Assembly: GCF_009914755.1 (NCBI RefSeq)
Contig: NC_060941.1
From: the human T2T-CHM13v2.0 reference genome, Homo sapiens
Strand: one strand, 5' to 3'
DNA: 64,000 nucleotides
The notes beneath the pieces are model-generated. The model was not told the origin of the DNA. It did not search any database and worked only from the letters and a program-made list of their open reading frames with translations. The translations under genes were made by a program, and so were the position numbers. Positions 12,851 through 26,604 of this stretch are shown here, in pieces. Every line of letters starts with the position of its first letter. The stretch's first letter is position 1.

Positions 12851-13147
12851 GGTCAGGTGCTGCGGCTCACACCTGTTATCCCGGAACTTTGGGAGGCCAA
12901 GGTGGGCAGATTGCTTGAGCCCAGGAGTTCGAGATCAGCCTGGGCAAGACAGGGAAACCCTGTCTCTACAAAAAAGTAAAAAACATAGCCAAGCTTGGTG
13001 GCACATGCCTGTGGTCCCAGCTACTTGGGAGGCTGAGGTAGAAGGATTGCCTGAGGCAGGAGGTGGAGGTTGCAGTGTGCTGAGATCACGCCACTGCACT
13101 CCAACCTGGGTAATAGAACGAGACCCTGTATCAAAAAAAAAAAAAAA
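12851..13147 (+). mobile_element. AluJ
   Basis: ttgcttgagcccaggagttcgag and gagaccctg J diagnostics; A-tail. Confidence 0.9.
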
Positions 13148-14699
13148 TTTCTTTTTTTTTTAGAGGGTAGGAAGTGAAGGGGCCAGGCTTCATCAGCTTA
13201 GGATTTAATGTTAGAGGCCACTTCTGTGCCCCTGTCAAGCCCAGAGAAGTCATGCAGGTCCCATGAAGGGCAGAGCAGATCCCAATTTTAGGAATTTCTT
13301 TGATGGGTGTATGAGTTGCCATGGGCAGTGTGGGAGAAGATTAAGAGAAGCCATGCTTATCCCACTCGTATCCATGGAGCAACTGCCTTGCAGTTGTCTG
13401 GGAAGGAAAATCCTTGTGCCGGGCCTGGTTGAAATGCCCAAGGAAGGTAGAGAGGATCCCAGAGCTGGGGAGCCGGGTCTAGTCCCAAATCACTGGGTGG
13501 GTGGGAGATCTGGCCAGGACGTTTCGTGGCCCCCTGGTCACCAGTGTTGAGTGGGTCCCCTCAGCTGGCAGGCAGGTCCTTCCAGCCTCTCTGTCCACCC
13601 TACCCCCAGCCTTTACAAGTCATTCACCCTTGCAGGGAAAGGCACCTCTGCTGAGGGGACCCTTCTATGAGATCTAAACAGGAGGAGTCTCTTCTTTTGA
13701 GCCTGAGAACGAGCTCTTCTAATAGGCAGATGTCACCTCGGCAGACAGCCCACTACTTCTCAATTCCACATCTCCCTTCCCGCCTGGAAACCCCGTGAGC
13801 CTGGGAGCTTAGGAGTCCTCTTCCTAGGGGGCCCGGCCAGCTAGCACCTGGCCTTCTATGGTGTGGAGGTTTTCCTATACGGAAATTGCTGAAGGGTGGC
13901 CTGCCCTGGCATTGTTTTGTGGCGCTGTTGGTGGTATTCATAGCTGACAGGAATTGCCATGTGCCAGGCCACTATTAGCTCATTTATATTTCCAGCAGTC
14001 TCAGAAGGCGGAGTTAAGAGAAGGGTAGAGAGAGGTAGTATAATATGCCTAGAGCAGCTCCTCTGGTGGCAAAGCCGGGAGGAAACCCAGCTGTGGGACT
14101 CCAGGCCTTCCCTGTCTCCACATGACTCGAGAGGACTGAGCTTGGCCTTGAGACCATCAATGTCTGGCTGTGTGTGGCCCCCTTGGCCCCTAGTGTCCAG
14201 GAGCGGGGCTGACCACCTTGGCATGTGCGGGGAAGGGTGGGGCTGACCTCATTTAGCTTTCCTGCCCTTTTTTTGCTCCTCCTTCCACCGTGCTTCTGTC
14301 CTACCTGTTTCTGAATGGGAAGGACGGCTTTTTGAGGAACAGGGTGTGACTCTTCCCTGCGAAGACGTTGCCCCAGAAATTTGTCCCCACGCATTCTCCA
14401 GCCCTCTTCCCTTTGCCATGAATGGCGTCATGTTCCAAAAATCCTGTGGCCACGGGCTGTTTGTCAAGACCAAACAGGGAAGAGGCTTTTAAAATGTCAC
14501 TTTCCCCCTCCAGCTTGAATACAGTGGGGAGCAGGGGCAGGGGCCGGGGCTGGGCTTGCAGGACCTGTGTGTGGGCAGAGGGAGGCCAGGAGCCCAGTGG
14601 GAGTTGGGGGTAGTTTACAGCCAGCCAGCAGCTGTGGGCCCTGCTGTCCCCGTGCTATGATGGGGTGAACTGTGTGTGTGGTTCCTTGGTTTTGAGGGG

Positions 14700-15145
14700 T
14701 TTTTTTTTTGAGGTGAAATTCACACAACATAAAATTAACCATTTTAGCATGTACAATTCCATTGCATTTAGCCTACAGTATTGTACAACTGCCACCCCTC
14801 TTCAGTTGAAAACATTTCCATTGCTCCAAAAGAACCCCCCACCTTAACTATTAAGCAGTCACCCCCGCCTTTAGTCCCCAGCAACTACAAATCTGCTTTG
14901 TGCCTCAATGGATTTACCTATTCTGGAAATTTCATCAAAACAGAATCATACCATACCATATGTGACCTTTTGTCTGTGGTGTCTTGCACTTGGCCTAATG
15001 CTTTCAAGGTTCATCCACCTTGCAGCACAGGTCAGAATTCATTCCTTGTATGGATGGTAGACAGTGGGATTGCTTCACCCTTTTGGCCGTTGTGGATAGT
15101 GCTGCTGTGAACACAGGTGTGCGGGCATTTGTCTGAACACCTCCT
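14700..15145 (-). mobile_element. L1MB-type 3' end
   Basis: tttttgaggtgaaattcacacaacataaaattaaccatttt...atggatttacctattctgga. Confidence 0.8.
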
Positions 15146-15687
15146 TTCAGCGGACCCCAGGAGAGGACTTGCTGGCCTGTGGCCATTCTGTCAGTGAGCT
15201 GTTTGGCATCAGCACCTGGAGCCACATGTCAGCCCTGCAGACTGCTGGGTGGGAGGGCTATGGGTGGGTCCCAAATAAGGCCTGCCCAGAGCCTGGGGCT
15301 CTTCACAGAGGAGTCTGGGATGGAAACTGGGTTCCTGGACCATCCCTCAAGAGTCGCACACATGAAATGCCGCCATGAGGCAGTGTCACGGGGCGGTGCA
15401 GGGGTGGCTCAGCTGCTCGGAGGTACACGCCTTCTTTCTTCCCTTTTTGTCTGACCTGAAGATCATCTGACTGCCAAGAAAGAGGCAAGTTAATCCTTAA
15501 ACATTGTTGGAAGGAGGGCTGTGGGGCATGGGAGCTGAAGGCTGGAGACCCCAGGGAGACGCGGTGCCTTCCCAGTGCTAGGTGCTGGGAGCTGCTGGCA
15601 GAGGGCCCACAGAGCCCCACAGTGGTCCCCAGAGGACCTTGGGGTCAGCTAGAGGGAAAAGGCCTTTGCTACGCTGTTCATCACTGT

Positions 15688-15912
15688 TACCAGTTTTCAA
15701 CCTTTATTTCTTTGGCAGCAAAACACCCACCCCCTTGAAATGAAACGTGGAGCTCACATATATGATGCACGAATGTTCTCATGTTGAAGGACAGGAAGAG
15801 GAATGGCATCAGCTATGAGACCACCCTGACCCCCACCCGCTGCCCCATCCTACACCCGAGGTGGCCCCTGAAGCATGACCTCCAGGGATCTTCACAGTTT
15901 GAAGAGCCGCTG
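15688..15912. mobile_element. Decayed hAT/Charlie-type MITE (hosts a candidate exon)
   Basis: Imperfect inverted ends cagttttcaa ... tttgaagagccgctg; the interior resembles the element at 9538. Confidence 0.4.
15719..15787 (+). CDS. MPRIP: Candidate alternative terminal coding exon (QNTHPLEMKRGAHIYDARMFSC*) spliced to exon 1
   Basis: Acceptor cctttatttctttggcAG|CAA; open in phase 0 for 22 codons to TGA 15785-15787; TGTA at 15963 and AATAAA at 16012-16017. Confidence 0.45.
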   Translation, partial: QNTHPLEMKRGAHIYDARMFSC

Positions 15913-15934
15913 ATATACTCTAATACTTGCAGTA

Positions 15935-16100
15935 ATATTTTTTAATAGAATGCAATATTGGATGTACACAAAAGGATACAAGCAGCATACATTTACAATA
16001 TAAATCTAAATAATAAAAATGAATGCTCGTGAACCTGCCACCCAACTTAAGAAAGAGAACACTGACATCCATTCAAAGCATCCTTCACGCCCCTCCCCAG
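15935..16100 (-). mobile_element. L1ME-type 3' fragment
   Basis: aataataaaaatgaatgctcgtgaacctgccacccaacttaagaaagagaaca resembles old L1ME ends. Confidence 0.45.
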
Positions 16101-16344
16101 TGGTATCCCTTTCACAGAGGTGACCTGAGATGATTTAGGGGTGGGAGCCGAGGCCCAGATGGGTAGCTCAGGCATTGCCCTTCACACCAGTGCTGGTCGA
16201 GCTGTTCTAGGGAACACGGACAGAAGCACATTCCAGTGGAGTCCCCTGCTTTTCTGACTCCTCTCCACAGGCTCAGGGACGTTAGTCCTGTGGCACAGTA
16301 AAGGTGCTTATGTTTGTGGTCCTTCAAGCCCCTCTTTGCAAGCA

Positions 16345-16670
16345 GGGACCTGGGGAGAGGATTCTAGGGGCCAGGGGGAGCAGGGACCCAGGGAGGGGAT
16401 CTAAGACTATGGGGAATGGGGACCCAGGGAGGAGAGCTCCAGGACTATTAGGAGTAGGGACCCCGGGAGGGGAGCTCCAGGGCCGTGGGGAATGGGGACC
16501 TGGGGAGGAGAGCTCTAGGACTGTTAGGAGTGGGGACCCGGGGAGTGGAGCTCCAGGGCCGTGGGGAGTGGGGACCCGGGGAGGAGAGCCCCAGGGGCCA
16601 TGGAGAGTGGGGACCCAGGGAGGAGAGCTCCAGGGACTGTGGGGAGTGGGGACCCAGGGAGGGCTCCAGG
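16345..16670. repeat. G-rich minisatellite, ~38-bp unit, ~8.5 copies
   Basis: gggacc recurs at 16345, 16383, 16419, 16457, 16495, 16533, 16571, 16610 and 16649. Confidence 0.93.
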
Positions 16671-17025
16671 TCCATTGAGAAACAGGTGTTGCCTCTGTCA
16701 CAGCCCCTCCTCCTGGCCTCCTCACCAAGGCAGAGGTCCGCATTGTTGAGAGAAAGGTTTTCCTGTCTGCCTGTGCCTTGGAGTCTGTTTCATTTCCAGA
16801 TGGACCATATGTAACACAGCCACCAGGAGCAAGTCTGGGGTTAGATGTCGCCTTTTAAGGCAGTGCTGTTGGATAGAAAGGACTCTTGAGTAGAAACCAG
16901 GAGATAGACTTAAAGGCAAGTTTGTGTTTGGGCACATGGCAACTGAGAAGTGGGATCAGCAGGGCTGCTCCCCAAGCAAAGGTGCAGAAGGGGTGGGGAC
17001 GTGCTAGGGGAGTGGGTGGCTAGGT

Positions 17026-17498
17026 CAGCAGTTCTCAAACTTTTTGGGTTCCAGACCCCTTTATGCTCTTGATTATTGAGGCCCTCAGAACGCTTTAGTT
17101 TACCTGGGTTATGTCCATTGGTATTTCTTGTATTAGAAGTTAAAACTGAAAAAGTTTATTCATGAATTCACTTAAAAGTAACAATAAGCCTATTATGTAG
17201 TCACGTAACATATATTCTGAAAAATAACTTTTCTAAGACAAAAATTTGCTGAAAAGCCTCACATTTTTAACTCTTTGCAGAGCTCTTTACGGTCTGCCAT
17301 AATGAAAGACAGCTGGGTTCTCAGAGCTTCTACAGTCTGTGGCCATAGCATGTCCTGTGTAGCCTTTGGGCAGCTCTACTGTACACTCATGAAAGAGTGA
17401 GAGAGGAGGCAAAGGATGTTTTAGTATTTTTATTAAAATGGTTTTGACTCAGGGACCCCAAAAAGGGCCTCAGGGACTCCCACCTTTGCAGACCACTG
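17026..17498 (-). mobile_element. Charlie1-type (Charlie1b-like) hAT deletion derivative
   Basis: cagcagttctcaaactttttggg...gacccctttatgctct ... ctgtacactcatgaaagagtgagag ... ctttgcagaccactg. Confidence 0.75.
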
Positions 17499-20400
17499 GT
17501 CGAGCTTAAGTTGGGCCATGGGCTTGAGGAGCATGCCGGCCTCTATAGGAGGGGCAGTGCAGTTCACTGTTCCAGGCTGTGCCGCTGCCTTGGGGCCTGC
17601 TCGGCTGTGGCTGTGTCAGCTTCCCACAGACGGTGTCCCCTGACTTCCATTTCTGAAGTCTGTCATTTGCCCCCTCCCAGGGAAGTCTCCCACACTCCTC
17701 CCCTTTGCTCCCTGGCATGGTGCTGAGTTCCTTTCCCTTTGCACCACCTTTCGTGTCTTCGTCTCCTTGTTGGTATTCCCAGAGGCTTTGCGAACTTTGC
17801 ATCAGTGGCCTTGCAGAGGCTGGTAGACATCAGGGGCATCCCTGACCTGCCTCCATAGAGAGCAGCAGAATGTGGGGATGGGGAGTGGCCCAGTTGGGAG
17901 GTGAGCCAATTGCAGTCTGCAGGGTCCCGGGTGGGCATGGCTGTTCTGAGTTCTGGGACCAGCAGTCCTGGCATAATTAGCAGAATCCCTTTTCCTTCCC
18001 CAAGTACTCCCAATTAAGACAATAAATTACGTTGAGCACCTTACTGATGAGGCTCTGAAGTAGGTGGCTTATTGGCCCAGCTTTTCCTGGGGTGGGTGGA
18101 GGTGGTAGCCTGCACCCAGCCTTGATGTCTTTGCACAGGTAGGAAAGAGTCCTTCTGGAGGACAGCCCCCAATCTCCGCCAGCTTCCTGACCTCCTGCGC
18201 AGATGGCCAGGCTGGGTGTGTGCTGCAGGAGGGTGGTCTGTGGCTGGCTCATCTGGAAGTAAAGGCTGTAGGGCTCTTCCTTCCATGTGTGCCTCATGGG
18301 CAATGTGCTTTGGGGCCCCACCGGGTCCCTAAGCCCCCACTTGCAGCCTCCCAGGGCCGTGGCCCCAGCTGCATGGATGTGGGGCAGAACTGAGTGCTGT
18401 GCTGGTGAGGACCAGACCCCTACCCCTGGGAGCACATCTCACTTGGGAACATGCCCTTCACCTGTGTCACCCTTTACCTTCTGGAATGGCCTGCTAAACT
18501 GGGGAGGAGTGTCCCATGGGCCAGGGCCAGTGTGGAACCAGGTGGCCTTGGTGCCTGTTTTGCTTCCACTGCTTCCTGGCTCTATTTACTTGGACAGACC
18601 ACTGAGTCTCTGTGTGCCTCGGTTTCCTGGGGTATAAAATGGAGGTCATGAGAGCTCATATGCCCTAAGCCCTGGGGTCAGCTCCACTGCCAGCGGGGAG
18701 GAGTGCAGACCTGCCCTCGTGCTCCCATAGCTGGGATGTATGTCCTCCCTGCAGAATGCATTCCTGGCAGCTGGTGAGCAGGTGTTCTCCCTCGGAGGCT
18801 TGGCTTCCTCCCGGGACAGGGCTCTGGGTCCTGATGATGTTGAAACACTTGCGGGGGCTGTAGCTCCATCTTTAGTATCTGCACAGTGGCTGGCTGTTTG
18901 TGGAAGCCTATATTGAGGAAGGTAGTTTGGGTCCACAACTGTGTGGCTGTAGAGCAATAGAACAGTATTCTCCAGGACTCAAGGCCCCATGGACAACTTT
19001 TAGTAGTTCTAGCACAGTTTGGTCAACACAGGACAAGCCTGTGGCCTCTTGAGGGGTCTGCAGTGGTGACCAGTGTTCGTCGGCCCTGGCAGGCTTGTTC
19101 TGAAAGAGAAGCCCCCATTCTGAGCATGGTCAGAGGTGTGTGCTGAGAACCCACTGTGGGTGAGGCAGGTGGGCACAGCTCCGCCAAGAAGCTTCCCTCC
19201 CCAAGTGCTGAGATTCAGAGCCACTGATCCTCTTGCAGTCCATCTGGGTGGCCACAGGACACACAAGGTCTTGGCAGGGGTGAGGCTTGAGACTGGACTT
19301 TGCTGTGTGCTCACCCCTGACTTTTACTGACTTACATCAGAATGTCCCAGAAAAGACGGACAACCTTGAAGTCTCCCATGATTTACAAGCTTAGAAAGAG
19401 GGCCAGACGGCTGCTACCCAGGTATCCTTTCTCTTTGGAATTGAAATGCAGAGAACATTATTAAACAGCCTATTTGCTGTGAGTGTGGAAGTGTTTCCAC
19501 AGACACCTTTTTGGGAAAAAGAAAAGGGCAAGAATCAACCTGAAAACTACAGAGGATATATTAGCCACGGTTTGCACGCATTCTGCTTATGGATCTTTCA
19601 GTGACTCCAGTGAGGGGCCATCTGTCCCATCCAGTGCCTGAGTGCAGCCCCCACCCCCACCTTTGGTCCAGAGAAGTCTTTGCCCCAAGAATCTGCCCAG
19701 AGTTGGGGCATCAGCCCCTACAGGTGTGGGTCCTTCTTCAGGACTGTGTGGAACTTTTCCTTTTGAAGAACTTTCCTGGGGATGACCACTCTGCTTGGAG
19801 TCTGGGGTGGAGCCTGGTGTGAGGGAGCCAGCGTAGGGTTTGGGTGCCTGCCCCACCCTCAGAAGCAGGAGCCCAGCAGCCCTTGGACTGACCGGTGCTG
19901 TTCTGGGGCTCCCACTGGCTCCTTCCACTGTGGAGCACTCCCGTGAACACTGCTTTGGTTTGAGTACCAGTACAAGTGTTGGGTGTATGTTCCTGACCTT
20001 GAGGCATTCTTGATTGTGCAGTTACCTAGGGTATGCTTGTGTCTGACATGATCATTTTTTTTTTTTAATAAAAAATGGCATGGAAGGAGTATGTGTATTT
20101 TTCTACTGTAGATTATGAAACTGAGAATCACAGAGATACTGCCTTGCCCTGGGCCACACATCGAGTAGGTGGTGGAGCCAAGACTTGAATTGGCCTTCTC
20201 GTTCCCAGGCCAGTGTACATTAAATACCTGGAGCTGTGAGGTCCTGTTGGTGGACAGTAGAGTGTAGGGGTTCCCTAACTACACCTACTTCTTGTTCTGC
20301 CAGGAATGACCAAGATCTCCCCTATTGAAGCCACTCTGCCAGGGTTATATCAGAAGTCCTGCGTGCTCGGTCAGGCAGGCATCTTCCCCTCCCTTAAATA

Positions 20401-22239
20401 ATAACTGGTAAGTGCCATGTAGTGGCATTTACATTACAAAAATGGTAAAATCAAGCAAAAGCCCCCAAACCTGCTGCTGATCTTGGCAGTCCGCATAATA
20501 GCTGTTTTCTCATCAACTCTCAATCTTTGTCCATCCTTACATGTGTTATAAACAGAACTGACCACGAGCCCCTTGGGAGATGTGTGTGCTTCATGTTTTT
20601 ATCTGCAGGGCCTTGAGTGGTGCCAGCTTCAGGGCAGCTGCTGGAGAAATTCTGTTGCACACTTCCAGGGGGTGCCGTTCACCAGCGGACAGAGCAGCGG
20701 AGCCATGAAGGCCTGCGCAGGACAGGCCAGCTGCGTTGATAGTGTGGGCGGTGCCCTGGAGGGCATCTTGAATCCTTGTCCTCGCTGGTAATTAATGGCC
20801 AGGTAGCGTGTTAGGGAGTAGATGTATAGTCACTCTCGAAACTGTTTCTCTGTTGGGTGTTGAGCTCTTCCCACATCAGGAATGAGACTGTTTGCTTCTC
20901 TCTTTGTGAGTTCTTCAGGCCCAGGCTCTGGACATGGGCTCACTGTATCAGGAGTGTGGAAGCATCGTGGCTCTTGCATGTGGCCGTGTGCTGCTGTCTG
21001 AGTGCCAGCTTTGTCCACACCCTGTCTCTTGTCCTTGGTGGCATAGTGCACACAGTGGCACAACTGGAGACTTGGACTCGAGAAAGGAGAAGTACAAGTT
21101 GGATTCAGCCATGTGCGGGGGCAGGCCCTGGCTTGTGTCTACTTGCGCCTCAGTGCTGATCGTCCCTCACTCCTGGGTGCTGACCAGCGTTGTCCTAGTG
21201 ACCTGGGAGCTCAGGTGTGGGAGGCAGAGGTGCAGTGCAGCCTGGCTTGCCCAGGTCTTGGCTGGGAGGGCCTTCCAGCAGCACTCAGAGCTGTTAGGGA
21301 GCAGTTACCTTTTCAGCTGGGTGGGGGTGACTAATAAGTGTACCTGTAGACTTGTGTTTATTTATTTGGTCATTGGAGCCCAACTTTGTACTGGGTGCTT
21401 CACTGGATGAGGCAGGATTCTTGTCCCCAGCGAGGAGATGTGGTGTTGTGAGAGAGAAGGAATACATTTGGCCTGGAGCCGGTTAGTGTTCTTGAAGGAG
21501 GTGTGGGATTTTGAGGGGTCTGTGTATGAGACAGTGAATCTCCTTATTCCATGGAATAGAAGATGTTTGTGTATGGGAGGTGAGGGGGCATGGGACCATA
21601 GAGGGCCTTCTGGGTGGCAGGATGTGATGGGGTGAGAAGAGTGAGACCCACCTGTCTGCATCGACTGTTTGAGGCCTGCCCTCTTTGGTGCCGGATTGCG
21701 CAATATGTCTGACTACCTTTCTCCCCACCCACTGCAGTCTAAGGACAGGTGAGTCCAAGGGGACAGGAAACCTGGGTTAACCACCGTTAGAGATCTTGTC
21801 ACCGACTGTTCCCTTCTCTTGGAGCCACAAACAGGCCACACGGAGTGAGAGCCAAGCATGTTGTGTGGGCTGGTTGTGATGGGGTGGCTGTGTCCAGAGA
21901 CCTGTGCACGTCTGAGACGCATCAGTGGTGGCAGCTTGACAACACTGGGTATAGTAGGCTGAGATGTTTCTCTGTCCCTTGCCCCTGGCCACCCGCTTGG
22001 GGCAGTTGGGCAACCCAGAGTTGAGACAGCTGGGTTCATCCTGGCATGCATCCCAGATTTGCCTGGGGAGGGTGGTGAGGGGAAGGGACAGAAGAACCCT
22101 TGAGAGAAGGGATGTGGGTGGCCTCCAGGGAAGTAGTTGGAGAGGCCAGCAGAGCATACGCGGTGCAGCTCAGGGCCATGGCAGGCAGGCGTCACTGAAG
22201 AAGGCCCGTGGCCATACCCTGTAGACCCCTGAGGACTGA

Positions 22240-22455
<216 letters not shown>

Positions 22456-24643
22456 TAAACTACTTACGTTGAGATAATCGTGTTTCCCCTGTGGTTGTAA
22501 CAAATAACAGAGATCCCATGTACCCCTTTGCCCAGGTCCTCCGATGGTGACCTTCTGCAACACTGTGGTACGGCACCACGGCTGGGATACTGACTACAAT
22601 GCAGAAAGCACCCAGTGTCTCCATCGCCTTCTCCCTCCCACATCAACCCAACCCCAGCCACCCAGGAATCCTGCTCCATTTCCATAAATCTGACATTTCA
22701 AGAATGTTATGTGAAGAAAATCATACAACCTGGAACCTTTGAGATTGGCTTTTTTCACCTAGAATTCTCTGGCTATTCATCCAGGTTGTTGCTTGGATCA
22801 GTAGTTTGCTCCTTTTTATTGCTGACTCGCATTCCATGGTAAGAGGGGACACCTAGGCTGTTTCCAGTTTTGGTCTGCTACGAACAAAGCTGCTATAACC
22901 ATTCACATGTAGTTTTTGTGTGAGTGTATGTTTTCATTCCCTGGAATAAATATCCAGGAGTGCAGTTCCTAGGTTGTAGGTAGTTGCATGTTTAGTTTTT
23001 TTAAAAACTGCCAAACTGTCTCACACCAGCAGTGTATGAGTGATAGATATACTTACTTTGTGACGTTGCCAGCATTTGGTGTTGTCACCATTTGTTTTTT
23101 TTAGCCATTATAAAATAAGATGTTCATAAATAGCATGAACACCTCTTCATGCTATTTATCTTCTGTAGAAAGTCTTCTCGTGTCTTTTGCTCATATTCTA
23201 ATTGGATTGTTTTGTGTTTTCACTATTGAGTTTGAGGGTCTTTATATAGTCTAAATACTAGTATATAGTCTAGATATTAGTCCTTTGCAAAAGGACATTT
23301 GCAAAATATTTTATCCTACTTCGTGGCTTATCTTTTCATCTTCCTTAGGACTTTGTGCAGAGCAAAAGTTTTTAATTTTAATGAAGTCCAGTTTATCCAT
23401 TTAAATATGTTTCATTTTGTCTTGTTTTTTGTATAACACTACTTTCTGTATCAGCTTGAGATGATTTTTTTTTTTTTTTTTTGCCTGTGGACGAAGGGTC
23501 ACTCTAGCACCATTTGTTGAAAGACTGTATTTCCTCCATTGAATTCTTTCTGCACCTTTGTCAAAATTGGGCATATTTGTGTTGGTTTATTACTAACTAC
23601 TGTTCCATTGATCCATGTGTCTGACTTTCCACCAATACCACACAGTCTTCATTACTGTGGATATATAATAAGTCTTGTGATTGGGTAAATAGATTATACC
23701 CTCTTTTTTTTTTAAATTAAAAATATTCTAGTTCATTTGCCTTTCCATGTAAATTTTAGAATAATCTTGTCCATATCTATAAAAAGTCTTGCTGGGATTT
23801 TGATGGGAATTGTGTTAAACTGAATATCAGTTGGGTGAGAATAGACATCTTAGAATCTTGCAGTCCACGAACACATTATGTCTCTCTTATTTAGATCTTC
23901 TTTGATTTCTCTCATCAGTGTTGTGTAGTGTTCAGCATTTCCTGTACATATTGTGTGGTATATACACCTAAGTATTTCTTTTTTTTGAAGCAATTTTAAG
24001 TGGTATTGTATTTTAATTTTGATGTCCACGTGTCCGTTGCTAGCATATAGAGATACAATTGATTTTTGTATGCTGATCCTGTATCCTGAAACTTTGTTGA
24101 ACTCACTAGTTCTAGGAGTTTTTTGTAGATTCTGGGATTTTCTATACAGACAGCTATGTCATCTGTGAATATTTTATTTTGTCAGTTTTGATCTATATGC
24201 CTTTTATTTCCTTTTCCTGCCTTACTGCACTAGCTAGAAATTCGCGCACTATGTTGAATAAGAATTCTGAGATGGCCATCATTGCCTAGTTCCTGATATT
24301 AGAGGGAAAGCAATCAGCATTTCCCCATTATGTGTAATGCTAGCTGGAGGTTATTTAGAGATGCTTTTATGAAATTGAGCAAGTTCCCCTCTATTCCTAC
24401 TTTCTGAGAGGTTTTTAAAAATAATTATGAATGGATGTTGGATTTTGTCAAATGCTTTTTCTGCATCAGTTGATAGGACCATGTGGCTTTTCTTCTGTAG
24501 AGCATTAATTTGGTGGATTACATTGGTTGATTTTTGAATATTAAACCGGCATCCCTGGAATAAACCCCCTTGGTCATGGTTTATAATTCTATAAATATAT
24601 TGCTGAATTCTATTTACTAATATTTTGTTGATTTTTGCATCTA

Positions 24644-24803
24644 TAGCAGTCCCCCTTTATCTGCAAGAGATACATTCCAACAGCCCCAGTGGATTCCTCA
24701 AACCACGGATAGTACTGAACCTGATTGCTCTCAGTTGGAACTCATTTCTGATTGGAAACAACCTAGATATCCCCTCATGTCAAACCCACAGATACTTTTT
24801 TCA

Positions 24804-24844
<41 letters not shown>

Positions 24845-25713
24845 AGACAGTGTCTTGCCCTGCCCTGTTGCCCAGGCCGGAGTGTAGTGGTAAAAGCATA
24901 GCTCACTGCAACCTTGAATTCCTGGGCTCAAGTGATCCTCATGCCTCAGCCTCCCACGTAGCTGGGCCTCTGCCAGCACTTGCCACCACACCTAGCTATT
25001 AATAATTTTTTTTTGGTAGAAACAGGGTCTTGTAGTTCCCAGGCTGGTCTCAAACTCCTGGCTTCATGCCATCCTCCTGCTTCAGCCTCCCAAATGCTGG
25101 AATTACAGGTGTGAGCCACCACACCCAGCCATAAATACTTTTTCTATCTTACCTGGGCACTTCATCACGCACAAGGGCTGTAACATTTGCAGTTCGAGGT
25201 GTGATAGAAAAATTAGCATGAATTTCTTTTTCTTTCTCAATTTCAGCGATAGAAGATTTATTCTTACTGTACATCTTAGCAACCTCAGCATATGATTTTT
25301 TTTCTTAAATTGAAAACTTTTACCATTTCCCTTAAAGGAAGCACTTTATGGCTTCTCTTTGGCATATTCAAATTGCTGTCATCACTACTCTTGTGCTTTG
25401 GGGCCATTATGTATAATGCTAGCTGGATGCACAAGCACTGCAACACCACCACAGTCCATCTGATAACTGACAGCTACTAAGTGACTAAGGGGCAGGTAGA
25501 GTATACAGCGTGGATGCGCTGGACAAAGGGGAGGCTCCACATCCTGGGAAGATGGAGCAGGACGATGCAAGATTTCATCACACTACTCAGAATGGCATGC
25601 AGTTTAAAACCTGTAAATTATTTCAGGAATTTTCCATTTAATATTTTAAGGCTGTGGTTGACCGTGGGTAAGGGAAACCGTGGAACTGTGGATGGAGGAG
25701 GGGGGAACTACTG
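24644..25713. mobile_element. MER44/Tigger7-type element inserted at a TA in the L1, split by AluJ
   Basis: TIRs tagcagtccccctttatctgc ... gggggaactactg; internal ccacggatagtactgaacc. Confidence 0.8.
24806..25130 (-). mobile_element. AluJ
   Basis: Long poly-T, cctgggctcaagtgatcctc; TSD acagatacttttttc / ataaatacttttttc. Confidence 0.9.
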
Positions 25714-25842
25714 TGTATTAATGAGGAATATTAGTCCATAGTTCTTTATTTCATTTTTAAAAAATTTTGGGGTTTTGTCATGTAATTTGTTTGGTTTTGG
25801 TGTCAGGGTAACACCAGCTTCATAAAATGAATTGGAAAGTGT

Positions 25843-25889
25843 TTCTTCTTCTTCTTCTTCTTCCTTTTTTTTTTTTTTTTTTTTTTTTT
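25843..25889. repeat. (TTC)7-C-T25 microsatellite
   Basis: Read directly. Confidence 0.9.
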
Positions 25890-26089
25890 AACAATTATAT
25901 AGAATTAGTGTCAGTTCCTTAAACACTTGTTAGAAATCTCCAGTAAAACCATCTGGGCTTGGAGATTTCTTTTTTGTGAGTTATGGAATTACATATTCAA
26001 TTTCCTTAATAGTTATATAATCATTTAAATTATGTGTTTTTTAGAGAAGTGGGTCCATTTCCTATATGTTGTCAAATTAGTGTTGGTAG

Positions 26090-26524
<435 letters not shown>

Positions 26525-26604
26525 GAAGTTGATCAGTTTTATCAGTCTGTTCAAAGAACCAGCTCTTTGTTTCACTGATTTTTTCATTGATTTCTACCTT
26601 TATC

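Noticed and set aside
16304-16814. Repetitive ORFs on both strands
   Set aside because: They are translations of the minisatellite.
19320-19590. AT-richer unique island that might be an enhancer or retrocopy fragment
   Set aside because: No poly-A/TSD, ORF or recognisable family; it cannot be supported without conservation data.
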